From NCBI GenBank assembly GCA_964368945.1, contig CAYJDM010000007.1, positions 1,365 to 59,018 of the forward strand: a stretch of DNA of 57,654 bases, in the 5' to 3' direction. Shown one piece after another: positions 55,510-57,654 of the stretch. A model generated the notes under the pieces. The model was not told the origin of the DNA. It made no database searches and was given only the letters and a program-made list of their open reading frames with translations. Source of the DNA: an uncultured Candidatus Saccharibacteria bacterium. Lineage in GTDB: Bacteria; Patescibacteriota; Minisyncoccia; Phycocordibacterales; CAIZLB01. The number at the start of each line of letters is the position of its first letter. Within the stretch, counting starts at the first letter, position 1. Both the position numbers and the translations under genes were made by a program.

Positions 55510-56427
55510 ATGTTCGTAGTCACATACAGAAAAATATTTTACGCGATCTCAGTAGTCCTTATCGCATTCTCGATCTTTGCCATCTCATTCTGGGGATTGA
55601 ATCTAGGTATCGACTTCAAGGGAGGCTCCATCCTTGAGGCTGAATTCCCAGCAGGCACGACAGTTACGGATGCGGCTGTCCATGAGGCATTGGATAATGC
55701 CGGACAGAAAGACGCATTGGTTCGAACGACGAGCGTGGGTGACAAGTCAGGATATATCGTACGAACGCATTCGCTCACTGAACCGGAACGGCAGAGCGTT
55801 TCAGCGGCATTCACAGGCTTGGGCGGCGAGGTAAAGCGGCTCGACACCGTCGGTCCTATCCTCGGTCAGGAACTTCAGAAGAAGGCGGTTTCATCGATCA
55901 TCTTCGTGCTCATCGCGATCATGCTCTTCATCACATATGCTTTCCGACATGTATCATTGCCGGTATCTTCATGGAAATATGCATCGGTCGCACTCATCGC
56001 ATTGGCGCATGATGTAATCGTTCCGCTCGGAGTATTCTCTTTCCTTGGACGAAACGGGGGATTCGAGATCGATGCGCTTTTCATCACTGCTCTCTTGGTA
56101 ATCCTAGGATTCTCGATCCATGACACCATCGTGGTATTCGACCGAACGAGAGAAAACCTCAAGAATGGGGAATTGAAGCGACGCTCATTCGAGCATGTCG
56201 TGGGCATGAGCGTTCAGGAGACATTCTCTCGATCGATCAATACGTCATTGACGACGATCATCGCATTGGTAGTGCTCTGGTTCCTCGGCCCGATGACTGT
56301 CAAGAACTTCTCTCTGGCACTCATCATCGGAATCGTCGTCGGTACATATTCATCCATCTTCATCGGCTCGCCGCTTCTCGTCACATTGCAGAAATGGCAG
56401 GCGAAACGCGCGAATAAGAGCTCGTAA
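55510..56427 (+). CDS. secF: Protein translocase subunit SecF
   Basis: LGIDFKGGS...HDVIVPLG...GFSIHDTIVVFDR.REN. Confidence 0.9.
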   Translation: MFVVTYRKIFYAISVVLIAFSIFAISFWGLNLGIDFKGGSILEAEFPAGTTVTDAAVHEALDNAGQKDALVRTTSVGDKSGYIVRTHSLTEPERQSVSAAFTGLGGEVKRLDTVGPILGQELQKKAVSSIIFVLIAIMLFITYAFRHVSLPVSSWKYASVALIALAHDVIVPLGVFSFLGRNGGFEIDALFITALLVILGFSIHDTIVVFDRTRENLKNGELKRRSFEHVVGMSVQETFSRSINTSLTTIIALVVLWFLGPMTVKNFSLALIIGIVVGTYSSIFIGSPLLVTLQKWQAKRANKSS

Positions 56428-56577
56428 AATATCTGCGCAGAAGAAGATTCTTGGATCCATACGAAAACCGCTACCGACTTATCGACAGCGGTTTTCTACT
56501 TTTATCATCCAATAGATGGTTTAATGTAAGGTATATCACGGTTTTGTGAGAAATGCATTAATAATTTTTTTAAAAAA

Positions 56578-57114
56578 ATGAATCAAAACGACAAGGAGAT
56601 GGCAGAACAGATATCAGCAAGGAATGCAGTCCCGATGAAGCCGATCAAGAGAAAGAAAAGCTTCCTCAGATTTCTATTGCTCGTCGTCTCATATGCTATC
56701 GTCGCGGTCATTGTCTGGCAGGTTGCCGCCAAGCAGGCGGACGTTGACCAGGTGAAGCAGCAAGAGCGAGCGCAGCAGGAGATCAAGGAGACAGTAGAAA
56801 AGGTTGGCAAGCTCATGATCCTTCCTTCTGTCGAGACGGAATTGCCGCAGATAATTCCAATCATCGATGCCGCTGGCCTTTCAAAGACTCGGCCATTCTT
56901 TGCTGATGTGAAGAATGGCGATCAGGTCCTTATCTATCTCAAGGCCCAGAAAGCGATCATCTATCGCGCTTCAGAAAACAAGATCGTAAATGTCGGTCCG
57001 GTAATCGCGGATAATTCTACTTCTGCAGCGACAGGATCGAATGCGAAGGCCTCAGCGCCTGCGGCTTCGCAGCCTTCAACATCGTCTAGTTCATCAAGCG
57101 CGTCTTCTAGATAG
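56578..57114 (+). CDS. Hypothetical membrane-anchored protein with a Ser/Ala-rich tail
   Basis: One TM helix (FLLLVVSYAIVAVIVW). No family recognised. Confidence 0.45.
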   Translation: MNQNDKEMAEQISARNAVPMKPIKRKKSFLRFLLLVVSYAIVAVIVWQVAAKQADVDQVKQQERAQQEIKETVEKVGKLMILPSVETELPQIIPIIDAAGLSKTRPFFADVKNGDQVLIYLKAQKAIIYRASENKIVNVGPVIADNSTSAATGSNAKASAPAASQPSTSSSSSSASSR

Positions 57115-57242
57115 GCATTTTGCTTCAATAAGTTAGATGGTGGATAAAAGATCCCGCTGCCAAAAATAGGCATCAGGATCTTTTTCAATATATGGCTATA
57201 AATAAGGCTAAAAAGACCAATATGGAGTCCTTGATATCGATG

Positions 57243-57270
57243 TTGACAAGGTTATTGATCTGCGTATAAT
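57243..57270 (+). promoter_or_regulatory. Consensus promoter upstream of the 16S (TTGACA-16 nt-TATAAT)
   Basis: ttgacaaggttattgatctgcgtataat here, compared with ttgacaatggtttcgcgatgcgtataat at 45053. Confidence 0.55.
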
Positions 57271-57594
57271 AGCCCTTACACCTGAAGAGGGTGTTTTAAG
57301 TTAGCTTCAAAACCCGATCTGAAATAGCAGTAGAAAAGCCCAAAAAGCCGATCTTCTGAATTTTAAAAAAGGAGACGTTGCGTTGACAATTTCATACGTA
57401 AAATGCCGGACATTCCCAAGCCACAAGACTTGGAGATGTCCGGCAGCAGAAAGCATCAAATTAAATATAATTCACAAAAAAGTCCTTATTGATCGAACGG
57501 CTCGGCCGGGCTCAATAAGGCATGTATCATTCTATTCTTTTTGTTCTGCTCGAGTTTGAATATCGACGGTTGCAGCAATGCATCAAGAGATATT

Positions 57595-57654
57595 TATAAT
57601 TAGAGTTTGATCCTAGCTCAGGATGAACGCTGGCGGCGTGGATAAGGCATGCAA
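57595..57654 (+). rRNA. rrs: 16S rRNA, 5' end only (runs off the window)
   Basis: AGAGTTTGATCCTAGCTCAGGATGAACGCTGGCGGCGTG. Confidence 0.85.

Noticed and set aside
57383-57404. Second 16S promoter (TTGACA ... TAAAAT).
   Set aside because: Only 10 nt separate the hexamers, which is far from the 16-18 nt needed. I found no alternative -10 at the proper distance.

Overview
This window reads as a streamlined bacterial chromosome segment. It has about 45 mostly housekeeping CDSs, almost no Shine-Dalgarno sequences, and dispersed rRNA genes that contain insertions. I infer, but cannot prove, a CPR/Patescibacteria (Parcubacteria-like) origin.

Gene content:
- A thymidylate/folate cluster: tmk, a DNPH1-like gene, a DHFR-family gene, a long ThyX-like gene and glyA.
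- Five aminoacyl-tRNA synthetases: ArgRS, IleRS, GlyRS, MetRS and LysRS.
- recO, recA, ftsK, efp, ssb, rpsF/rpsR, rplJ/rplL, tatD, trhO and an AI-2E family transporter.
- A Phd/RelE toxin-antitoxin pair.
- An envelope cluster: rodA, a GT4 glycosyltransferase, a WbaP-like sugar transferase and secDF.
- Several large secreted or peptidoglycan-binding surface proteins.

rRNA:
- A 23S-5S unit lies at about 45.5-49.3 kb.
- The 5' end of a 16S gene lies at the right edge, 8.3 kb downstream and separated by seven protein genes.

Most interesting observations:
1. IleRS carries a roughly 200-aa histidine-phosphatase (PGAM-like, RHG...H) domain embedded in its catalytic body.
2. LysRS carries a C-terminal DUF2000/PTH2-like domain.
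3. A promoter and a terminator bracket a roughly 530-nt ORF-less, hairpin-rich transcript at 16.65-17.2 kb. I could not assign it to any RNA class.
4. Two ORF-less group-I-like insertions sit in the 23S gene at the classical L1931 and L2593 sites.
5. Two AT-rich orphan genes are present, one with an HEPN-like Rx4H motif and one RlmJ-like. Apart from lysS, they are the only CDSs I called that end in TGA.
6. A secreted beta-helix/LCAT-like lipase lies next to an S-layer-like gene that has a roughly 400-nt 5' UTR.

I saw no CRISPR array, tRNA gene or transposase. All GC statements are by eye, and all homology calls come from motif recognition without database searches.
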